A DNA stretch of 12,204 nt from assembly GCA_040752415.1 (NCBI GenBank), contig JBFMGU010000305.1:1-12204 (forward strand). Direction: 5' to 3'. Positions within the stretch are counted from its first letter, which is position 1. The number at the start of each line of letters is the position of its first letter. The notes under the pieces are model-generated. The model was given only the letters and a program-made list of their open reading frames with translations, made no database searches and had not been told where the DNA came from. Origin of the DNA: Myxococcota bacterium (lineage in GTDB: Bacteria > Myxococcota > JACRCW01). The translations under genes and the position numbers were made by a program. Positions 1 to 7,080 of this stretch are shown here, in pieces.

Positions 1-72
1 CCGCCTTCTGCGGAACCTTGGTCTCCGCCTTCTGAGGCACCTTGGTCTCGGCCTTCTGCGGCAGCTTGCTCT
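1..72 (-). repeat. Coding 24-bp tandem repeat, at least 3 imperfect copies (PQKAETKV), probably continuing beyond the window
   Basis: ccgccttctgcggaaccttggtct / ccgccttctgaggcaccttggtct / cggccttctgcggcagcttgctct. Differences between the first two copies are synonymous. Confidence 0.9.
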
Positions 73-763
73 TGTTGCCGTGGCCCTTCTCCATCGGGAG
101 CGGGGGCAGCTCGTCGTCGTCGGCAGCGCCCTTGCGACCACGCGCCGCGGCCGGCAGCGAGTCCAGGTCATCCCCACCAATGCCCGGGATCACGTCCTTG
201 TTGGCGCCGCGCGGGGGACGGGGCTTGGCGACCTTGGCGTCCTTGCGCTCGTCGGGAATGGAGGCCTCCACCGGGCCGGTGGCGTCAATGCCGGGGATGG
301 CGTCCACGCGGATGAGGCCCAGGCGGTTCAGGTGCCCTTGCACCTCGGACTCCGTCAGGCCCAGCTGCGCGGCCAGCTCCGCGGCGGTCTTCCCGCGGTG
401 GTGCTCACGCAGGTACGTCTCCACGTCGGGACGACGGCCGTACTCACGCTCCCCGCCGCGCAGGAACTGGATGCACAGGTAACCCGGCACGCTGCGCTTC
501 ACGCGGCCGAACTTGCCCTCCGCCGGCTCGAACAGGAGCGTCCCAATCTCGTAGGTCTTGTTGGGATCCACCGGGCGACCCTTGGCCCGCTTCACGCGGC
601 TGTACGCCTCCTCCAACGAGACCCGCCGCCACTCCATCGACGGCTCTGCTTGAACCTCCTCCTCGTCGTCCTCCTGCTGGTCGTCGTACAGGCTTCCGCC
701 GTCGGCCAGGTTTTCCAGCTCCTCCAGCTGCTTGTTGAAAACGGTGGTGTTCACATCGACCAC
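1..763 (-). CDS. Hypothetical DNA-binding protein (acidic N-terminus, small Tudor/SH3-like segment, helix-turn-helix, Lys/Pro/Ala-rich repeat tail); 3' end lies outside the window
   Basis: Hand translation gives an open frame from GTG 763 to the window edge: MVDVNTTVFNKQLEELENLADGGSLYDDQQEDDEEEVQAEPSMEW...KTYEIGTLLFEPAEGKFGRVKRSVPGYLCIQFLRGGEREY...YLREHHRGKTAAELAAQLGLTESEVQGHLNRLGL...KLPQKAETKVPQKAETKVPQKA. SD-like GAGGG lies 7 nt upstream (771-775). Third codon positions are strongly G/C. Absent from the ORF track because there is no stop in the window. Confidence 0.85.
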   Translation of the reverse strand, partial: MVDVNTTVFNKQLEELENLADGGSLYDDQQEDDEEEVQAEPSMEWRRVSLEEAYSRVKRAKGRPVDPNKTYEIGTLLFEPAEGKFGRVKRSVPGYLCIQFLRGGEREYGRRPDVETYLREHHRGKTAAELAAQLGLTESEVQGHLNRLGLIRVDAIPGIDATGPVEASIPDERKDAKVAKPRPPRGANKDVIPGIGGDDLDSLPAAARGRKGAADDDELPPLPMEKGHGNKSKLPQKAETKVPQKAETKVPQKA

Positions 764-790
764 GGCGGCACCCTCAGGATCTGGACCCAC

Positions 791-897
791 AAAAGAGTCC
801 AAGTCTTTGTTTTCAAAGGATTTTTCCGAGGGCCAACCCCCGGAGGACGGGCCTGGGGGTACACGGCCCCGCGAGCCCAGTCAAGGATTTGTGTCAA
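791..897 (-). promoter_or_regulatory. AT-rich putative promoter region of the 1-763 gene with an IHF-like site
   Basis: Minus-strand AAACAAAGACTTG (800-812) matches the IHF consensus WATCAANNNNTTR with 1 mismatch. TTGACA (892-897) and TTGACT (879-884) are -35-like hexamers, but the matching -10 boxes are poor. Confidence 0.4.
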
Positions 898-917
898 CGC
901 CCGCGTTTCCTGCGCCT

Positions 918-3014
918 TCAGCGACCGGACTCCGGCTGGGTCTCCTTGGCAATGCGCAGGAAGCGACGGTGCTGGGCCAGCAGGTCCTCGTCGCGGGCAA
1001 TGCGTGCGTCCACCACTTCACCGCCCTGCACCACCGGGATGAGCCGCGGGAACACAAAGGCGCGCGCCTTGGGCAGGTTCAGCGGTGCGGCCCGCGCCAC
1101 AATCTCCTCCTTCAGCTTGGGATCGATGCGCGTGCCGTACTTGTCGAACAGCTCGGTGGCGCCCTTGTCGTCATTGAGGCTCTTGTAGCGCTGCAGGATG
1201 GCCAGCAGGTCGGCCACGCCCTGGCGGACCTTCTTGGTCTCGCCCACGGAGATGAACGTCTTGCCATCCTTCACCACGCGCTTCACGCCGTAGTCCTTCC
1301 TGGTGCCGCCGCCGTCCAGCAGGAACTCCGTGACCAGGTGGTAGCCACGACGGTGCGCCTCGCGCAGCTCGGTGCCCGCGTCGGTGCGGAGCAGGACCAT
1401 GTCGTTGGTCAGGTAGGAGACGTACATGTCGCGCGCCACCTTCTCCTGCTCGTCCTTGCTCTTGAAGGCGCCAATCTCGATCAGCTTGGGATCCAGGACC
1501 TGGTAGAGCGCCACCACGTCGGCACGACACTCCTCCAGCGCCGCCGCGGTGCGCCCCGCCATGCCCTTCTGCTCGCCCTTGAGCGAGGGGTCCGGCTGCC
1601 CGCTGCCGTGGCCAATGACCTCGTGCATGTAGATGATCCAGCGACGGCTATCGATGCCGTGGTCTATGGCGTTCTGGCGGTCCTCCTCGGGATAGAACTC
1701 GTTGATCACGGCGCGACGCAGGTCCTCGCTGCGCGCCAGCTCCACGTTCAGGAGCACCACGTTCTTGCTGCCGTAGTCGCGACGGATGTCCAGGTAGTTG
1801 GGCAGGTTGTAGGCGGCGGCGCTGATGGGTCCCGCGTCGCCGGTCTCCATGACCACGTTCACCACGGTGGCCACGGGCACCTCCACCTTCTGCCGCTGCC
1901 ACTTCTTGTCCCAGGGCATCTTGCCCTCGAAGTACTGCGCGTTCTGGGCCAGCTTGCGCACCAGGTCGCTGTCGCTCTGGTAGCTGACGGTGGCTTCCCA
2001 GCTGCCCACCACGCCGCGCGGGTCCATGTACGTCTCCACGAACCCGTTGACGTAGTCCACGCGCGTGTCGCTCTTGAGCCAATGGCGGCTGTGCTCGCGG
2101 AACAGGCCCTCGTCGCCGGTGGCGTAGAAGTCAATCAGCGCGTGGATGCTGTCCGCCTGCTCCTTGCTCTGCGCCAGGGGCAGCGCCTTCTTGAGCCAGT
2201 AGCTCACCGTCCACAGCTCCTGGGAGTAGAGGCCGCCAATCCGGTACTCCTGCAGCATCAGCTTCCCGTCCTGCAGGTCAAAGCGGACGTTGATCTTGTC
2301 CTGCCAGAACGGGAGCAGTCCCTCGATCATCTTCTGCGTGATTCCGCGCGCGTAGATGTTGGTGGCGCTCTCCGCGATGATGTCCTTGTCCTTGCCCTGC
2401 TCGACGTGGACCGGCTCGAAGTCGGGGTCCAGCAGCGTGGGCGTGAGGCGCTGCAGCATCTGCTCGGTGCTCTCCCCCTTGAGCTTGGGGAGCTTGGCGC
2501 CGGCGCGCTCCGCGGCCACCGCGGCCTCGGCCAGCATGGTGGGCGTCAGGGACCAGCGCTCGTGCTTGACGTGGTCCCAGTGGTCGTAGGGCCCGTGATG
2601 GATGAACAGGCGCACCAGCTCCTCGCGCACGGCGGCGGCGGTGGCGGGCTCCAGCACATCGTTCTTGAGGTCAATCTCGTTGAGCAGCGTGATGAGGTCC
2701 TGGCCGTGGCGGTGGCTCTGCTGCGTGAAGATGGCGTCACCGGCAATGGCGGCGCGGTTCAGGTAGTAGAGCAGCGCGCGCTCCTTGGGGCTCAGGGCGC
2801 TGAACCCCGGCGCATCCACGCCCAGCATCAGCGTCTGCTTGCCCGGCGGGCCCACGCGGCCCAGGTCACCCACCTTCTTCTCGTCGTCGGTGGGCGCGGG
2901 GGCCTCCGCGGGCGGCGCGGGCTCCTGCGCGTGGATGCTCCCGTAGACCAGCACGGCGGAAACAAGCGTGACGGGCGGCAGCACGGCCAGCCCCAGACGG
3001 ACGACGACGCGCAT
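918..3014 (-). CDS. Dipeptidyl-peptidase III family (peptidase M49) zinc metallopeptidase with an N-terminal signal peptide
   Basis: Hexapeptide zinc motif HEVIGH (HExxGH, 1608-1625) followed by GSG; EECRAD motif (1518-1535); GFVETYMDPRG and YNLPN segments typical of M49. Start moved to ATG 3014 because GAGGGGA lies 6 nt upstream. MRVVVRLGLAVLPPVTLVSAVLVYGSIHA|QEP looks like a Sec signal. Confidence 0.93.
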   Translation of the reverse strand: MRVVVRLGLAVLPPVTLVSAVLVYGSIHAQEPAPPAEAPAPTDDEKKVGDLGRVGPPGKQTLMLGVDAPGFSALSPKERALLYYLNRAAIAGDAIFTQQSHRHGQDLITLLNEIDLKNDVLEPATAAAVREELVRLFIHHGPYDHWDHVKHERWSLTPTMLAEAAVAAERAGAKLPKLKGESTEQMLQRLTPTLLDPDFEPVHVEQGKDKDIIAESATNIYARGITQKMIEGLLPFWQDKINVRFDLQDGKLMLQEYRIGGLYSQELWTVSYWLKKALPLAQSKEQADSIHALIDFYATGDEGLFREHSRHWLKSDTRVDYVNGFVETYMDPRGVVGSWEATVSYQSDSDLVRKLAQNAQYFEGKMPWDKKWQRQKVEVPVATVVNVVMETGDAGPISAAAYNLPNYLDIRRDYGSKNVVLLNVELARSEDLRRAVINEFYPEEDRQNAIDHGIDSRRWIIYMHEVIGHGSGQPDPSLKGEQKGMAGRTAAALEECRADVVALYQVLDPKLIEIGAFKSKDEQEKVARDMYVSYLTNDMVLLRTDAGTELREAHRRGYHLVTEFLLDGGGTRKDYGVKRVVKDGKTFISVGETKKVRQGVADLLAILQRYKSLNDDKGATELFDKYGTRIDPKLKEEIVARAAPLNLPKARAFVFPRLIPVVQGGEVVDARIARDEDLLAQHRRFLRIAKETQPESGR

Positions 3015-3121
3015 CTGTGGTCCCCTCAAGGTTTGTGGATGGGATGGAGAACGCCCCCCGCACCAACGGAGGCCGCGACGCCTTCCCCACGCGCCGCGCC
3101 TCCTCGTCGGGGGACGGAGAA

Positions 3122-4075
3122 TCAGTTGTTGACGTTGAAGACCAGCGTGGTGCTCTGCGTGCGGTTCAGGCGGTCCACCGCGTTGGCGGTGACGGTGTAC
3201 TGACCGGGCACGGTGAAGGTGTGCTCCTCATCGAGCTGGTCACCACTGGACAGGTTCTCGAAGCTGCTGGTGCTGGAGTCACCCCAGTTCACGAACAGGC
3301 GCAGCGGGCCCTCGCCGGAGACGCCCAGCGTGACGTTGGCGGTGAAGGGCGCGGAGCCGGTGGTGGTGTTGGACTCGATGTAGACGTCCACGGGCAGCAG
3401 GCCATCCAGCTCCACCTGCACGGTGGTGGAGATGGCGGAGGAGATGCTGTCGGTGGCGGTGACGGTGACCACGTACTGGCCCTCGTCGGGGAACTCGTGG
3501 GTGACCACCTGGCCGTCCGCGGTCTCGCCGTCACCGAAGTTCCAGCGGTAGTGCAGCGAGCCGATGCCGCCCGTTGCGTCCGCGCGGAAGGTCATGATGA
3601 CGCCGGACTGGCTGCCGCACGCCTGCGTGGTGCAAGCGCCGCCTTCCGTGCAGGCCAGGCAGGTGACGGTGAGGCCGCCCACGGGCTGACCCACGGCCAG
3701 GGAGACGGTGGCGGTGCCCTCGGTGGTGGCCTGCGGGCCCATGGCGGGCGGAGCGGGCAGCGGGCCGGCGTTGTCCGGCATGGCCTTCACCACCACGTTG
3801 AACGTGCCCGCGCTCTGGTAGACGTGCGGGACGGAGAAGTGGCCGTCGGAGCCCACGCTGGCCTCGGCGCTCTGCTGGTCACCAAAGTCCACCAGGACCT
3901 TGACGGGCGTGGAGGAGCCACGGGCCTGCGCCACCCGACCCAGGATCTCCGCGTTGGCGGGCGCGTACGGGGAGGGCGCGGTGGCCTTCAGGTCCACGAT
4001 GTCCAGGTTGCCCTGCGCGCAGGCAACGGAGGCGAGCGCCCAGAGCGCGGTGGTCAGACGAGAAAGGCGGATCAT
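3122..4075 (-). CDS. PKD-domain lipoprotein (three PKD/Ig-like repeats)
   Basis: Only the last 317 aa of the 788-aa ORF look real: ATG 4075 with GGGAG 8 nt upstream, and signal plus lipobox MIRLSRLTTALWALASVA|C. PKD motifs: VDFGD...HVYQSAGTFNVVV, YRWNFGDG...HEFPDEGQYVVTVTATD, VNWGD...HTFTVPGQYTVTANAVD. Confidence 0.88.
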   Translation of the reverse strand: MIRLSRLTTALWALASVACAQGNLDIVDLKATAPSPYAPANAEILGRVAQARGSSTPVKVLVDFGDQQSAEASVGSDGHFSVPHVYQSAGTFNVVVKAMPDNAGPLPAPPAMGPQATTEGTATVSLAVGQPVGGLTVTCLACTEGGACTTQACGSQSGVIMTFRADATGGIGSLHYRWNFGDGETADGQVVTHEFPDEGQYVVTVTATDSISSAISTTVQVELDGLLPVDVYIESNTTTGSAPFTANVTLGVSGEGPLRLFVNWGDSSTSSFENLSSGDQLDEEHTFTVPGQYTVTANAVDRLNRTQSTTLVFNVNN

Positions 4076-4135
4076 CAACAACACTCCCGGTTCCGCGGGG
4101 CACGTGCGCCGCGGGGGCCAGCAAAGGGGTGCGCG

Positions 4136-4164
4136 CGTATACCAATGGAGGCGCCCGCGGTGAA
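4136..4164 (-). promoter_or_regulatory. Putative sigma70-type promoter for the PKD lipoprotein gene
   Basis: Minus strand TTCACC-17 nt-TATACG with a TGn extended -10, about 60 nt upstream of ATG 4075. Confidence 0.4.
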
Positions 4165-4474
4165 AGGGCACGTCCGCGGTGATGCCTTCGCGTTGCCCCC
4201 GGCCGTGCTGGAACCGCCGCCCCAAGCTCCCGGCCGCGTTCGCGCTGAGCCGCGGCGTCGCCGCCCTGGTCACCGTCCTGCCTCGCTCGCCCGTGCGAGC
4301 CCAGGCCAGGCGCTCCGGGCCCACCGCCAATCCGGACCCCGGCGCTGCCGACCCCGCTCCACCTCCGTCGGGAGGCAGTTGGTGGCCACGGGGACGCAGG
4401 CGCGTTACTCCATTCGGCCATTTGCCAAGGCCGGCGCGCGAAGCCTGAGCCACGACGCCGGGGAGAAGAGCAGC

Positions 4475-6619
4475 GTGAGCACATCCGCCAAGCAACATCG
4501 CGGCAATTGGGTGCCGGTGGTCGGCACGTGCGTTGCCCGCGCCCGCGGCCACACGGTGACGAAACTGCGCGACGGGCGCGTCCTGGTGACCGGTGGCCTG
4601 GGCGTGGGCGGGTTCCTCAACGAGGTGGACCTGTACACCCCGGCGCGCAAGGCCTGGCAGCTGGCGGCGCCGCTCCCCGAGCCGCGGGTCAACCACTCGG
4701 CGTGCCTGTTGTCCGACGGCCAGGTTCTCGTCGTCGGCGGGTCGCGCGGTCGGGTTGCAGAACGTTGTCCCGCGCTGGTCTATGACCCGGTCCGGGATGC
4801 ATGGCGCCAGGCGGCCGCTCCGCAGCGGGCCTTCAGCGACACCAGGACTCCCGTGATCTGCGCGCCACTCCCAGGCGGGCGGGCGGTGGTGGCAGGCGGA
4901 AGCGACTCGCGTGGCGTGCCCCGAGATGACGTCGAGATCTGGGATGGCGACCGCTTCACCCCGGGTCCGACGTGCCCCCATCCCCTGCACAGCCCCTGGC
5001 TCGCCACGCGCGACGACGGCACCGTGGTGGTGGCCAGCGCCGCGGGCGTCTACCTGCTCCTCCCCGACGGCACTCTCCGCGCGCTGGGCCGGCCCCGGAG
5101 CACGCGCGTTGCCGCAGCCTACGCCTTGTTGCCCGACGGAAACGTGCTCGTGGCGGGTGGTGAAGGAGCCAACGGCCTCCGCAGCGTGGAGATGTGTGAC
5201 GTGGACTCGGGACGTTGGAGCTCGCTGGACGCCATGGACTGCGCCCGGGCGAACGCCGACGGTGTCACGCTGGGCAACGGACTGGTGCTGGTCCTGGGAG
5301 GAGGCACGGGCCGGACGATCACGCGGAGCGCGTTGGCCTGGGATCCCCGTGAGAACCGCTGGTTCCCTTCCGGCGTCACGATGAGCTGGCGGCACGAGGC
5401 CCGACTGGTGGCGCTGGGTGGAGCACGCGCGCTGGTGGTGGGGGGCGTGGACCCGCAGACGCGCACCATTCCCGCATTCTGCGAGCAATGGGAGGACGAC
5501 GGCGACACCACCTGCGGTTTCACGCCGCGCTCGACGTCAAGAGCCAGGCCCGTGGATCAAGGCGCGCGCGACCGGCTGGTGCTGCAACGCCTGCACAAGG
5601 ACTGGGACGAGGCGAACCGCGAGCTGTTTGGTGGCCGCCTGAAGCCGGTGGTCATGGAGCTGGCCGACCTGCAGCGACGCATTGCCGAGTGGAACGCGGA
5701 CCGGCGCTGCATCCGCTTCTCGCGTTCCTCCTGCCAGGAGCTGCTGTGGCCCCAGCTGCGCGAGGTCCTGCGGCACGAGATGGCCCACCAGTTCGTGGCC
5801 GAGGTCCTGGGCGTTGTCGACGAGGAACCGCATGGCGCCGCGTTCCGTGACGTGTGCACACGGTTCGGGATTGATGCGCGGGCCTCGGGGGCGCCGGCCA
5901 CCAAGCTCGCGCCGGAAGAGGAGGCGGTGCGACGTCGGGTGGAGAAGCTGCGCGCCCTGAGCCGGAGTCCCAACCCGCACGAGTCCGAGAGCGCCCAGGC
6001 GCTGGCGGACAAGCTGGTGGCGGACTACCGCGAGCTGTTTGTCGACGGGCCGCAGGACGAAACGGACGGCGCCATGTGCGTCCGCCACGTTGGCGTGCAC
6101 ACCACGCGGCGCAACCTGTTTGATCACGCGGTGGGACGCTTCCTGTCCAACCACGGCGGTGTCCAGGTGATCTGGACGGATTCCTTCGACGTCCAGACGG
6201 GCGCCTCGGGGCTGGTGCTGGAGCTCCTTGGTCCGGCCGCGCACGTGGAGCGCGCCGCGTACATGCACGACTTCCTGCGCCGCGCCGTCGAGCAGCTCTG
6301 GGAAGCGGACCAGGCCAGCGGCGGCCGCGCAACGCAACGGCAGCGGCTCAGCTTCATGGTGGCGGCGGTGGAAGCCTTCGAGCAGAAAATCAAGAAGGTC
6401 GAGCAGGAAGCGGAACACGGCCTGGTTCCCCTCCCGCGTGCCCGCGTGGAAGCATTTGTGCGCGCGCGTTATCCGCGGCTGGTGACCTCCCGCTCGCGCG
6501 CCAGCGTCGACGAGGATGCCGCCGCGCGCGGCGCGGAAGCGGGGCGACGCCTGGACTACCGCGAGGGCGTGGGCAACGGCGCGGGCGGACCGAGGCTGCT
6601 GGGCCCCGGCGCACGTTGA
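4475..6619 (+). CDS. Kelch-repeat beta-propeller fused to an SprT-like zinc metalloprotease domain, a DUF2786-like helical hairpin and a C-terminal domain
   Basis: Likely start GTG 4475 after GGGAGAAGAG. Seven Kelch-like blades (e.g. RARGHTVTKLRDGRVLVTGG, RVNHSACLLSDGQVLVVGG, LLPDGNVLVAGG). SprT-like WDEANRELFGGRL...LRHEMAHQF...PHGAAFRDVC (HExxH at 5774-5788). VRRRVEKLRALSRSPNPHESESAQALADKLV resembles DUF2786. C-terminal AARGAEAGRRL. The upstream part of the 1200-aa ORF is the antisense shadow of the PKD gene plus intergenic DNA. Confidence 0.85.
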   Translation: MSTSAKQHRGNWVPVVGTCVARARGHTVTKLRDGRVLVTGGLGVGGFLNEVDLYTPARKAWQLAAPLPEPRVNHSACLLSDGQVLVVGGSRGRVAERCPALVYDPVRDAWRQAAAPQRAFSDTRTPVICAPLPGGRAVVAGGSDSRGVPRDDVEIWDGDRFTPGPTCPHPLHSPWLATRDDGTVVVASAAGVYLLLPDGTLRALGRPRSTRVAAAYALLPDGNVLVAGGEGANGLRSVEMCDVDSGRWSSLDAMDCARANADGVTLGNGLVLVLGGGTGRTITRSALAWDPRENRWFPSGVTMSWRHEARLVALGGARALVVGGVDPQTRTIPAFCEQWEDDGDTTCGFTPRSTSRARPVDQGARDRLVLQRLHKDWDEANRELFGGRLKPVVMELADLQRRIAEWNADRRCIRFSRSSCQELLWPQLREVLRHEMAHQFVAEVLGVVDEEPHGAAFRDVCTRFGIDARASGAPATKLAPEEEAVRRRVEKLRALSRSPNPHESESAQALADKLVADYRELFVDGPQDETDGAMCVRHVGVHTTRRNLFDHAVGRFLSNHGGVQVIWTDSFDVQTGASGLVLELLGPAAHVERAAYMHDFLRRAVEQLWEADQASGGRATQRQRLSFMVAAVEAFEQKIKKVEQEAEHGLVPLPRARVEAFVRARYPRLVTSRSRASVDEDAAARGAEAGRRLDYREGVGNGAGGPRLLGPGAR

Positions 6620-6703
6620 GCGGACCGATGGCTCCTGGTGCATGCGGCGCTGCGGTCGCCGAGAACCGCGTTTCTCGACGACAACCCGAGGACATGCGAC
6701 CCG

Positions 6704-6787
6704 CAGGGCGGCGAGGGCCCGCCGCACGCCAGCCCGCGCCCGCTCACGACGTCGGCAAACCCGATGGGCATCTGGTTCTGGCGCAGC
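6704..6787 (+). repeat. Dispersed repeat: solitary diverged copy of the arm of the 11135-11422 inverted-repeat element
   Basis: cagggcggcgagggcccgccgcacgccagcccgcgcccgctcacgacgtcggcaaacccgatgggcatctggttctggcgcagc aligns end to end with 11338-11423 cagggcggcgagggcccgccgcactccaggtcgtggcccgctcacgacgtcagcaatcccgctgggcatccttgtcctggcgcggc. The first 24 nt are identical. Confidence 0.9.
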
Positions 6788-6825
6788 CCCCTCGCCTTTC
6801 CCGTCGCCTGCCCACTACCGTCTTG

Positions 6826-6972
6826 CACGCCGACGCCGCCCGGTAACACGCCGACGCCGCCCGGTAACACGCCGACGCCGCCCGGTAACACGCCGACGCC
6901 GCCCGGTAACACGCCGACGCCGCCCGGTAACCGTTACCGGCGGGTGTCGTGCGGTAACCGGCGGGTGTCGTG
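6826..6972. repeat. Intergenic 21-bp tandem array: 5 perfect units, then 2 inverted diverged 21-bp units
   Basis: CACGCCGACGCCGCCCGGTAA x5 (6826-6930), then ccgttaccggcgggtgtcgtg (6931-6951) and cggtaaccggcgggtgtcgtg (6952-6972). No spacers. Confidence 0.97.
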
Positions 6973-7080
6973 AGGAGGACGGGGGGCTTCGGACCCAGGC
7001 GTGAGCGCCATGACTACCGCGCGCGTGGACGACGGTGCTAGACAGCGCGCCCCAACGCGAAACAGGAGCGAGACACAGCC

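Noticed and set aside
732..3203. 823-aa + strand ORF, and also 80..1042 and 42..482
   Set aside because: Antisense shadows of the M49 peptidase and the 1-763 gene, as commonly seen in high-GC DNA; no recognisable motifs.
3017..4474. N-terminal ~486 aa of the 1200-aa ORF
   Set aside because: Overlaps the PKD gene in antisense and then reads as low-complexity intergenic translation. Recognisable domains begin only after GTG 4475, although ATG 4145 cannot be formally excluded.
4076..5488. N-terminal extension of the 788-aa minus-strand ORF
   Set aside because: Antisense to the Kelch gene. The signal peptide, lipobox and SD identify ATG 4075 as the start.
6826..6930. 21-bp array as a CRISPR array, or as a coding repeat (TPTPPGN, RRRRPVT or GGVGVLP ORFs)
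   Set aside because: Units are head-to-tail with no spacers. Frames stay open simply because 21 is divisible by 3, and the ORFs also run through the non-coding dispersed repeat.
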